Of a DNA stretch of 64,000 bases, positions 26,042 to 38,300 are shown piece after piece; position 1 is the stretch's first letter, and each line of letters opens with the position of its first letter. The notes beneath the pieces were generated by a model. The model did no database searches. It saw only the letters and a list, made by a program, of their open reading frames with translations, and was not told where the DNA came from. Both the position numbers and the translations under genes were made by a program. The DNA comes from Dendrobates tinctorius (Eukaryota), in the NCBI RefSeq assembly GCF_039654945.1, contig NW_027361696.1, positions 17,980,001 through 18,044,000 on the forward strand. Direction: 5' to 3'.

Positions 26042-26327
26042 TAACTGTTAACAAGTGTTATCAGCAAGCAGAGATTGTGAAAATGGTTTGTGTGGCAGAA
26101 CTATGGTTAAACACCAGCCAGAATTAACCCGTGTAACATTCATGTCGCTCATTCATTCAACCATTCGCTCCAGTGCATGCCCGGCCGCCGGGCGGCAGTG
26201 ACATGATGGCAGGCCGGGGTGTCACAGATTCAAGTCATTTCCCAATATCCTCTCCTCAGTCATCAGAGATGGGAGAGGCAAGTCTCTGGCTCCAGTGGTC
26301 TTCTGATGGTGGTACCGTCCTCCCACC

Positions 26328-29300
26328 TTAGCGCCAGGCGCGGTTCAGGAGTTTTACTTGCGCCAATCTCTTGGTGATCATAGTGGCGAACACCAGGCCG
26401 ATGAGCACACTGCTGATCAGGATATAGTCGTAGTCGTCCTTCAACACGTCAAATTGCTTGGAGGGGTAGACGCGGGTCTGGTAGATGTCCAGTCCGCAAG
26501 CCACAACCTGCAGGAGCAAAGAAAGCAGCGTCAGACTCAGCACAGGAAAAAAACCTGACCCCTTCCCCCAACCTACAAGACAGGTGGACTCCAGACCAGA
26601 CGGTGCTGTGTAAATCCCCCTCATTCTGGACACAGTCTGGTTGTAGTTTATAAAGCGCTCGGCGTGGATCTGAATGTCCGGTGTGTAGGGAATCAGGTTT
26701 TCTTCTCTGCAAAGAAATCGGAAAGTTCATCAGTGGCAGAAAGTGTTAGCATGGGCTTCAGGGAAAAGTATTTGACCCCCATTGAGCAGTTCTAAAGATC
26801 TCCCATAGACTATACAGGCCACAACTCTGCCAAAAAGAGGCAACCAAGACCTCACCGACACTGAGTACAGGGGTGTACCCCCACATATTTGACAAAAAGA
26901 GGCCATAAAGGAGCCAAGATCCATCACTGGAGACATATGGCTCTGCCTCACCTCGTATATTCTGTGGGAATTTCTGGTCGTCGAGGGTCCAGTAAAGCCT
27001 TAGGAAGGGAAAGAATCGCGCCCGATGGGAGTCCGACTGCAGAAATCAAAGAGAAGAGCGATAAGTGCTACTCACGACACCACCCATCATCAAAACTTAG
27101 AGGCGCAGACCCAAAAATGGCCTCTGTTTCTCCTGACTGACCGCTAATCCGGACCCAGATGACTGCTCACTACTTGTAAAGTGGAATATACTATTCCGTA
27201 TACTTCTCAAGATCTTTGCTTTCTGCCCATAAATATAGGGTTTATTATGTGCACACGATTTGGGTGCTCTACTAGGGGAAATAATACTTTTGGAAGAACT
27301 TGGGGACAACTTTATGAAGGACACATAGTGACATTATGGGGAACAGAGCTTTAAGAGGGCTGTCCGGGGTTATCGGCTCCTGCTGCCGCTGGATATACAT
27401 GTGCGTTCTGGGCCAAAGTGAGAGGATTTAGAGGAAAAAGAGATTTTTGTGTACTCACCGTAAAATCTCTTTCTCTTAGCCTCTAATTGGGGGACACAGG
27501 ACCTTGGGTGTTATGCTTTCTGTCCACTAGGAGGCGACACTATGCTTAATCTGAAAAAGATTTGGCTCTGGCTCCTCCTCCACAGTATACACCCCTGGGC
27601 GGCATCCGCCTTACCTCAGTTTTTGTACCCAAGCAGTAGGAGGAGATAACAAATCCAACATAACCAAGCCTATAAACAAAGGCTACTATGTACAGCTCAA
27701 GGAACAATATGAGTACCCAACATAATAACAGCCCGCAAGGGCAACAGGGTGGGAGCTGTGTCCCCCAATTAGAGGCTAAGAGAAAGAGATTTTACGGTGA
27801 GTACACAAAAATCTCCTTTACTCTGTCGCCTCATTGGGGGACACAGGACCTTGGGACGTCCCAAAGCAGTCCCTGGGTGGGAAGCAATGGACGAATATTG
27901 TGCTGACAGGTCCCTAGACTTGGGACACTGCCGCCTGCAGTACCCGTCTACCCAGACTCGCTTCCACTGAGGACTGAGTATGCACACTGTATTGTTTTGT
28001 AAACGTGTGTAAGCTAGTCCAAGTGGCCGCTTTACACATGTGTTGTGCTGAAGCCTGGCGTCGAATGGCCCAGGAGGCTCCTACCGCCCGTGTGGAATGT
28101 GCCGTGATACCGGCCGGAATAGGAGAATTGTTTAGGCGGTAGGCGTCATGGATGGTGGACCTGATCCACCTGGCAAGGGTAGCTTTTGAAGCCGGTAAAC
28201 CCTTGCGAATGCCTTCTGGAATAAGGAAAAAAAGGAATCAGACTTCCGGAAGCGTGGAGTCCTAGACACACACATACGCAATGCCCTGGCAAGGTCAAGC
28301 GTATGCAGGGCCCTCTCCACTCTATGAACCGGAGCTGGGCAAAGGGTCGGTAATGAGATGCCCTCATTGAGGTGGAAATCAGACACAACCTTTGGAAGGA
28401 AGGATGGAACTGTACGGAGAACCACCTTGTCCTGGTGGAAGAATAGGAAAAGCTGTTCGCAGGAGAGCGCTGACAGCTCAGACACCCTGCGTAGCGAGGT
28501 CATTGCCACGAGGAAGACCACCTTTTGTGATAAAACTCGAAGTGGAACTTCCATAAGAGGTTGAAAAGGAGGTGCCTGTAGAGCAGTTAGGACCAAATTA
28601 AGGTCCCACGTATCCAGTGGACGTCTGTAAGGAGGGACCAATCTGGAGACTCCCTGAAGAAACGTCCTGACTTGTGGTTTGTTAGCAATACGCTTCTGAA
28701 AGAGCACTGAAAGCGCTGACACCTGACCCTTAAGCGATCCTAAGGATAGGCCGGCGTCCAGACCTGATTGAAGGAAACCAAGAACTTTCGGAAGAGAGTA
28801 AGGGAACTGAATTCGCCCGCGAGAGTCGCACCAAGTAAAATACGCTTTCCAGGTACGACAATAAACCTTGGCGGAAGCTGGTTTCCGTGCCCTGATCATG
28901 GTTCTAATGACGTCTGGAGCAAAACCTGCCTGGGTTAAAACCCAGGTTTCAAGGGCCACGCCGTCAAATTGAGAGTCCCTAAATTCTGGTGGTAGAATGG
29001 GCCGTGAGACGGGATCGGGACGGTCTGGAAGACGCCAAGGGGTGTCTGCTGTAAGCTGAAGGATGTCGGCGTACCATGTACGTCTGGGCCAGTCCGGCGC
29101 AATTAGGATGGTCGGAACTCCTTCCTGTTTGATCTTCCTCATAACTCTGGCCATCAGGGGAAGAGGTGGGAAAATGTACAGAAGCTGGAACTGAGTCCAG
29201 TCCTGAACCAGGGCATCCGCCCCGAGCAACCTCGGATCGCGTGTCCTTGCCATGAAATTGGAGGCCTTGGCATTGAGATGAGATGCGAATAGGTCCACGT

Positions 29301-32300
29301 CCGGAGTCCCCCAGCGATAACAGATCCGACGAAAGATTTTGGGATGGAGAGACCACTCCCCCGAGTCCAGACCGACATAGTGCACTGAGTGCCGGCAGGT
29401 TATTCTATGACCAAAAACCTTACAGGGGTGGCTATGCAGAGGAGCGCTATAGGGAACCTATAGGGAGTCTGTGTCCACAGCAGGATAATATCCTGCTGTG
29501 CCTTACCCCACCGGTGTGCTCCTAGATCCGGCGCCAGCAGAAAAACTTCGGTTCTGCGCCCCCTGGAGACTGTGCAGTGTTCTTGAGCAATATAGCAGCG
29601 CTGCTCTCTTCCCTGAGGTAAAAAGGTGGGAGGGAGGAGGGGCGGAGAGCAGAAAAGGGCGCGCAGACAGGCAAAACCGCGCCTTCCTGGCTCAATCCGC
29701 CCCCTGTATGACGCTGTGCAGCGTCATTATCATCCAGGGGGGCAGGCCGGGGGCGGTAACAAGGGCGGCGGCTTCGGCTTAGGCAGAAGCCGCGGTCTAA
29801 AGTACAAAATCCTGCCCGGGAAGGGCTCCAGAGCAGCGCGGTAGTCCGGAGGGGGGAGGAAAACGAACCAAAAACCCCCCCGGATGAGTGCCATATCGCC
29901 CAGACGCCCCTATATACGCAGCGCAGCCATGTGAAGGGTCTTTTTGACCCCTTTAGAGGGCTGACGCTGCCGCAGGGACAGGAATCCCTGCATACTGTGG
30001 CCCAAATATGACAGCCCCCGGCCCCATAGCAGACCACAGCAGTGCTGGGGCTACAATAAAGTTAGCGCTGCGAACGCAGCTCCTACCTGTGGCGTCTCAA
30101 CCTAACATCCCTAGAGGGGGTTAGGGAGGGCGCTTCACCGCCATCAGGAGGAATTCTTCCTCACCTCAGCCTCAACCCAAAAGGCCCAGGGCGGCTGGGG
30201 AAGGAGGGGGGTCCTCGACCTCGAACCATGCACCCGAAGGACTGGGGAGGGAGCGACATGGGGAAGAGCCATCTCTACCTCAACCGGGGTACCGCTAAAA
30301 AGAGGACCGAGGAGGGAGCCATGCCGGGAGTCTCAGAGAGACCCTCTTTTCTTCATTTGTGTCAAGAAGAATCTTCTTAGGTGTGCCTCCTTGCGACACT
30401 AAGCAAAAACTGAGGTAAGGCGGATGCCGCCCAGGGGTGTATACTGTGGAGGAGGAGCCAGAGCCAAATCTTTTTCAGATTAAGCATAGTGTCGCCTCCT
30501 AGTGGACAGAAAGCATAACACCCAAGGTCCTGTGTCCCCCAATGAGGCGACAGAGTAAAACAACTGCAGAGAAGAAGTTACCTGAGCGCGGGGTCCGTAC
30601 TTACTGACGACATGTCGGCTGGTGGGTCCGTACTTACTGAGGATGTGTTGGCTGGGGGGTCCGTACACACCGAGGACGTGTCGGCTGGGAGGGGTCTGTA
30701 CTTGCTGAGGACGTTCGGTTGGGGGGTCTAGGCGTCCGTACTCACTGAGGACGTGTCGGCTGGGGGGGGCGACCGCACTCACCGAAGACGTGTCAGTTGG
30801 GTGGTCTGTACTTACTGAAGACGTGTCAGCTAGGGGATCCGCAATCACTGAGGACGTGTTGGCTTGGGGGGTCCGAACTCACTGACGTGTCCGCTGGGGT
30901 GGGGTGTCTGTACTTACTGAGGACGTGTCCGCTGGGGGGCGGAGTCTGTACTTACTGAGGACGTGTCCGCTGGGGGGCGGAGTCTGTACTTACTGAGGAA
31001 GTGTCCGCTGGGGGGCGGAGTCTGTACTTACTGAGGACGTGTCGGCTGGTGATACCACGCTCGGTGATTGTGGCTTGCATGGCACGGATGGATGAGGGAA
31101 AGATGTAGGACTGCTGCAGGACATGTGGGAGGTGAGGTCGGTCCAGAGAGCTGAAGCTGGTGCTGTTATACTGCTCGGTCCCCTCGTACAGCTCCAGGAC
31201 GGTCAGCTCATTGCGGCGAGCTTTGCTGTTCCAATACTGGTACTGGACGGGGAGAAATGAAGATGTGCACTGTATGGGCAGACAGAGGGAATATACTGTC
31301 ATCAGAAGCTGGATCTTACCACCATCCAGTTCTCGGAGTGCACCAGGTGGACGGGACCTTTGGCTTTCCTCTGCACAGATGAGTGGATGATACGTCCTGT
31401 CACACCATCAATCAGGTAGATTCCTATGAAGCAGCGGTCGGGGTGCGTGTCTGTGCTCTCAGTAATCAATGCCAACAAGTTGGGGTTCAAGTACTGCAAA
31501 AATGCAGACACATATGAGCACCAAGTCCTATAGGGGGCACTATCATGGTTTGATGGGGATGCACGATCGGCTGCAGCAACAACCGCTCTCCTTACTTTGT
31601 AGAGGACACTGCGGTCGCCCATAACGCGCCCCTGGGAGTGAACATGCTCATTGGAACGCTTCCCCTTCACCACGGTAATCCTCTGCAGCTCTGGTGGGAG
31701 CAGGATTTCCCAAATCTCTTCTGTGGAAAGATCCTGGTAGAAGAAGTGAAAAAAAACCCAGAAGAATTAGGAGGACAGAGACGAACCCCCAAATGTGTCT
31801 CCACAGAGCAGGATACCTTGTGTAGACGAAGTCCAGTGAGTATTCCCCGCTCAGCGTCCACCAGGTAGAAGAAGACAGCCGATGACAATTCCTGCAACTG
31901 CTGCAAAACGTACTTGGTGGATGGGAAGGGGATGACCTGGAAGGATTGGGAAATACAGTGCATGGTTATTCTCATAGTCCGGCACTCCGAGCTTCAACAG
32001 CGGCCATTATGGTTGTCAATCATTTTACTTTGGGTTCTCATAAAACTGTGTCTCATAAAGCTAAAGAGCGAGGCAGATCTGCTGTTTCCCAGTGGAATAG
32101 TTATCTGCGGTCATTGGTTGTCACTCAACTTCCCAAACTATTACTGACATTATTGCGGCTCAACAGAGGGGGGGGGGCGACATGATTCTGCTCTCACCTT
32201 GTGTTGATCGTCCAGCAGGAGCAGCACTTTGGCATAGTCGTGGTCCATTATAGGGAGCAGTAGGGACTGAAGGATGGGTCGCTGCAGGAGAGGAGGGCTC

Positions 32301-35300
32301 ATCTGGCTCAGCTTTCCAAAGATGGGGTTAAAGACATAGATAGAAGTGATGGCTGCCTCCTGAAAAAAGAAACCAGGATATTGTCAAAATGGTAAGAGAA
32401 GACAAATGCGATCCTCACTGAAAGAATGCACAGATGTAGCAGTGCCGAGATCTGCATTAACCCTTTAATTTTAAGATAAATTAAAAGTAAAGCAGATAAC
32501 TGATAGATGCGGGTCTCGTCATTATTTCGAGCACAGGGTCCCAGCATGGACTCAGAAATGGAGAGGTGGTTGTGCACACAAGCTCCAGAAATTGCTGAAA
32601 TACTCCTTTAATGCAGCAGGCTTACTGACAATACAGATTGGGAATCGTCTCCACTTTACCTGATAATCTCAGCTCTGCTACCTATGATGTTCTGGACCAT
32701 GAAAGACAGATGTTCTCACCTTGTCCTTCACCAGCAGGGTACACTGCGGAGGGTGAGGGAAGTGAGCCGTCGTCCTCTGCACCACGAGCTTGAAGGAGGC
32801 TGCGGGCTTAACTCCTGGCAGGTAAAACTTCCACAGGATGCTGCCGGAGCTGCTCTCTATCCCAAAAAGCTGCAGGTATAGAGAAAAAGACCCAAAAACA
32901 AACAACCTCAGACACCCAGAAATAAACCGATCGGTGGCAGATAAATAACATTGCCATTTATACACCAGTTGTTAATAGTGGCAATGTGTAATGTATGGTG
33001 CGGAGCAGGACGGCTCACCTTCCCAGAGGACGTCACCGTCACCATCATCTTCTGCAGGTTGAAGTCGTCTCTGGCCAGCGTGTCGACGTTGATCTCGTTG
33101 CGGATCTGGCTGCGTGGTTTCCGTGCGTCGCAAAACATCTTCCATAAGTGAGCACTCCAGGACTGCAGCAAAATCAACTGGGAGGACAAGCGTTTAAATA
33201 CCATTCCCAGGAGACCGTCTGCAAGGGGCGAGAGGAACAGCAGATTAAATCCTTTGCTACTCCAGCACCTCTGCTTCAGAGGTCCGTGCCCGTCCTGCAG
33301 TGATGATGTCTTGTACATGATTCTGACTGGCAAATGCAGTGAATAATGCACCTGTTGATATCACTGCAAGATCACAAGGCACCATGTCGAAGGAGTCAAG
33401 AGTAATGATGATTTTTAACATTTTTTTTCCTACTCTTAGATTTGTGCACAATTGGATTTCCCAGGATTATAATATTAATCTGGATGACATCTGAAATTAC
33501 AGGAACTGTGACGTCACTGCACAGACAAACACTGACGCCGCTTACAGCAACCAATTACATAAATAAAGGGTTTATACAGGTCAGCGTTACCTTGAATAGC
33601 TGGTTCCAGGAAAGCATAAAAAAAATAAGAAAATGTCTTATAACAGAAACAGTAAGAAAGGTCAAAAAGCAAAATACCCCCAGAGAGGCTTCCGACACCC
33701 CACAATTCCATTGCTGTGTCCAACAACCCCTGTACCTGCTTTCTTTCCAAATTCTCCTTCCAGCTCAGCCTGGGCCCCGGTAAGAGGCAGATCGACCATT
33801 TCCATAGTGATGACATCGGCCAGTGCCTCCTCTCGTAGCCACAAGGTCTTCCCTGCCGATAATAAACAAGAATAGTTACTAATAGAAAACTGAGCACCAA
33901 TAATCTGCAATCTACAGCCTTAAAGTCCCACGGATTACACTACCACCTTTATGCTGATGACACTCAGATCTACCTCTCTGGCCCAGACATCACCTCTCTG
34001 CTATCCAGAATCCCAGAGTGTCTATCAGCCATATCCTCCTTCTCCACTCGCTTCCTCAAGCTCAATGTGGACAAATCTGAACTCATCATCTTTCCTCCAT
34101 CTCTCAGATCTTCCTTACCCGACCTAGCTATAACAATTAATAACATCACACTTTCCCCAGTACCGGAAGTCCGCTGCCTCGGAGTAACCTTTGACTCTGC
34201 CCTGTCCTTCAAACCGCACATCCAAGCTCTTTCTACCTCCTGTTCGCCTCCAGCTCAAAAATATTTCCAGAATCCGTCCTTTCCTCAACCCTCAATCTAC
34301 TAAAATGCTTGTGCATGCCCTCATCATCTCCCGCCTCGACTACTGCAACATCCTTATCTGTGGTCTCCCTGCTAACACCCTCGCACCTCTCCAGTCCATC
34401 CTTAACTCTGCCGCCCGACTAATTCATCTCTCTCCTCACTACTCCTCCGCTTCTCCCCTCTGCAAATCTCTTCACTGGCTCCCATTCCCTCAGCGTATCC
34501 AGTTCAAATTACTAATACTGACCTACAAGGCCATCTATAACCTGGCTCCCCCATGTCTCTGAACTAATCTACCGATACCTTTCCTCACGTAATCTCCGGT
34601 CCTCCCAAGACCACCTCCTCTCCTCCACACTTATTCGCTCCTCACCCAACCGCCTCCTAGACTTCTCCAGAACTGCCCCTCTTCTCTGGAATTCTTTGCC
34701 CCTACAAGTCCGACTATCAACCACATTTGGATCCTTCAGACGGAACCTGAAAACCCACCTCTTCAAGAAAGCCTACAGCCTACAAGACCCCGCTGCCTCC
34801 TTCTCGCTCACCACTACCGGTGATATCACCTCAAACAACACCGGAACTGCTGTAACCCACCAACCTACTGTCTCCTTCCCCACCATCCTGTAGCATGTAA
34901 GCCCGAAAGGGCAGGGTCCTCTCTCCCCTCTGCATCAGTCTGTCATTGTTAGTTTGTTTACTGTAAGTGATATCTGTAATTTGTATGTAACCCCTTCTCA
35001 TGCACAGCACCATGGAATCAATGGTACTATATAAATAAATAATAATAATAATGCTACACAAGCGTGCAATTCACAGGCCATAAGGGAAGCAGAGGTCACC
35101 TGGCTGGTGCAGGAACAAGAGCTGGTTGTCCTCGGTCTGCACCAACGCTCGATAACCCACAGAGTCATCCTTCTTCAGGAAAAGCTGAAGGTACAACTGA
35201 GAAAACACAGAGAAAGTCAGGAAAGGCGACAGTGCGACGATTATAAACAGTGAGAGGAGTAATGGAGACACTCACATCGTCGGGCTTCACGCAGCTCTGC

Positions 35301-38300
35301 TCCAGCGTGAATGTCATGGTGGTGTCCAGGAGCCTCCGGCCGCTGTCCGCCATGTACAGGCTGATAGTATAGGTCTGTCCGGGACATGACCAGGTCTCCT
35401 GCACAGAACAGACATGATGTTACAGGACGCGATCAATCACGGACGCTCAATCCTCCGGGAGTTACAACGACAGAGTTACCTGCGAGCAGCTCAGTCCGGT
35501 TGGGATCTCCACCTCTGGGATTTTCTGCTTTGGAAAATGAAAAATATATGAAAAACACCGGATCCACATGTAAATTATACATAAGCATCAGTTTCTATAA
35601 CTGTAGCAAACCTTCAGCTATAAGGGTATGTGCGCACGATCAGGAACTGCTGGGGGTTTGATGCTGCGTATTTATGCAGCTTGAGACCCGCAGCGGCTAG
35701 ATGTTAGAGCATAGTGGATGGGATTTCTAGAAATCCCATGTCCACTATGCGTACATGTGCGCCTGCGGATCACCCGCAGAGACTGACATGCAACGCGTTT
35801 CTCCAGACCGCAGCATGTCAATGTCTCTTGTGGAGACGTTAGTGTCCACAACAGAAATTACATCAACTGGATTTATTAGAGGTGGTAAATCCCCACGCTT
35901 TAGTAATCAGAGAGGAGTCACCTGCGTTCAATCAAAGACAACGCTTTAGACAAAGTGATCAAACACTGCATCCAAAGCACTGCTAGATCAGATTCGTGGG
36001 CACCCGGCCTAAGAAGTAATTGGTCTGTAAGGCCTGTTTCACACATCCGTCGCCATCCGCCAAAATGGCGGAAAACGGATCCGTCGGCAAAGGAACCCGT
36101 GCTCGTAAAAAAGGAGAGAGGGAGAGAGAATTTTTCAGCCGCCAGACCGGGATTTAAGGTTAAATTTCCGGCAAAGGCAATTCTTCCGGGCATGCGCAGT
36201 GTGCAGCGGAAGCCAAAATTATGGCGGATCCGTAAAAAAACGGATCCAACGGATGACCATCCGTCAAGATCCGCCGATAATGCAAATCAATGGGAAAAAA
36301 ACGGATAGAACAATAAAAATGGCGGATCCGTTTTTTTTGGCAAAACAGCGGATTTTGACTGATGGAGACAAACGGATGTGTGAAACAGGCCTAACAAATT
36401 GCTGGTCTGAGAGGCTTATAGCGACTGGGCGTTCACATTAACCCCTTCATGACCGGATCTTTTTCCGGTTTTGCGTTTTCATTTTTCGCTCCCCTTCTTT
36501 CCAGAGCCTTAACTTTTATTTTTCCGTCAATATGGCCATGTGAGGGCTTATTTTTTGCAGGACGAGTTGTACTTTTGAACGACACCATTGGTTTTAGCAT
36601 GTCTTGTACTCGAAAACGGGAAAAAAATTCCAAGTGCGGTGAAATTGCAAAAAATGTGCAATCCCACACTTGTTTTTTGTTTGGCTTTTTTTTGCTAGGT
36701 TCACTAAATGCTAAAACTGACCTGATTCTCCAGGTCATTACGAATTCATAGACACCAAACACGTCTAGGATCTTTTTTATCTAAATGGTGAAACAAAATT
36801 CCACAATTTGCTTAAAAAATTGTGCAATTTTCCGAGACCGGTAGCGTCTCCATTTTTCATGATCTTGGGTTGGTTGAAAGCTTATACTTTGCGCACCAAG
36901 CTGACGTTTTTAATGATACCACATCTGTGCAGATACGTTCTTTGATCGCCCGTTATGGCATTTTAATGCAAAGTTGCGGTGATCAGAAAATGGAATTCTG
37001 GGGTTTCAATTTTTTTTTTCTCGCTACGCCGTTTAGTGATCAGGTTTTTTTTTATTGATCGGGCAATTCTGAACACGGCGATACCTAATATGTGCAGCTC
37101 AGTACAATAATCATCAAGCACAATGTTACACTGTAGCCAAGAGTGGAAGAATATCACTCTCCCAGAGTAAACACCCAGAAAAATGGGCTAAGCGGACAAC
37201 TCCCAAAAATATTGCAGACAAATAGAAATTGAGTAAAAATGTCCCACAAAACATAATAAAAAATGAACAACTTGGGGGGGCGTGGCTATGTAGCGGCGGA
37301 GAGAGGACGCGTTCAGGGAGCGCTCCTCATATCCTGCAATTAATCCGGTCAGTGGACTCGGGCCGCCGTGACATACCTGCCAGTGTCGGACCCTGTGGAC
37401 TGTGGAGCACCTCTGGACCCCGTGGGAAGCCGAATCTCGGCGGGCTGATAGCTGCATAGGTAGGGGCAGCCGGCGGGGCCTGCATGAGGCGGCGGCCATT
37501 TTCAGAAGCGCGCGCTCTGGCTGTGAGAGACGTGGCGCTGGCTCCCTCCTTGCAGCGCTGACAGGACGGTGAGCATACATCCTGAGGACTTGAAGGGGAG
37601 AAGTGGTGAGTGCCCTGGAAGATTGGGCCCCGCACTCCCCTCTGCTAAGTCACCTAACTTGCCAGTGTTATTACTTTAGGGGCCTCTGGACCCCTCCCTG
37701 GCTGTTGTCTTTGTGGGCGCTGCAGATCTCTCCCCAGCCATAAGACCTCTCGTTTACTTGTCAGAGCGGGATATTATCCTTCTGTGTGGTCCTATTGCTC
37801 TGTGTTGCCCTTGGGACACTTGTCACCGTTATATTATAGCACCGCTGTGCTCATAACTTGGATATGAGAATCCCCTGGATATACCATTACTGTTACCCGG
37901 CTGTGCCATATTGCTATTGAAAATGAACCGCTCTAAGGGGACAGGAGCAGCCGAAAAATTGAAAGAGTTTGCTAGACCTGACCATTCTGATACCACACGG
38001 TCCCTCAGAAATAACCCCTCCCAGACTCAGCGTAAAAACCGGCCTGAGGGTGAAGAGGAGAGTGAGCAGGAGGAATTAACCCTCAAGCAAGCATCTGAAC
38101 AACTGATGCAGGTCATCTCCTTAAGTGGGACATCGCTGACGGGGAAAATAGAGGACGTGCATACCGAGGTGGGGCATCTTCGACAAGATATGCAGGCCAT
38201 GAGAGGGTGCATTACAGAGGTGGAGATGAGGGTGTCCAAGGTAGAGGACACCATCGTACCCATGGAGGCCATGCTTGCGAAAGCGGTGGGCTCTATGAAC

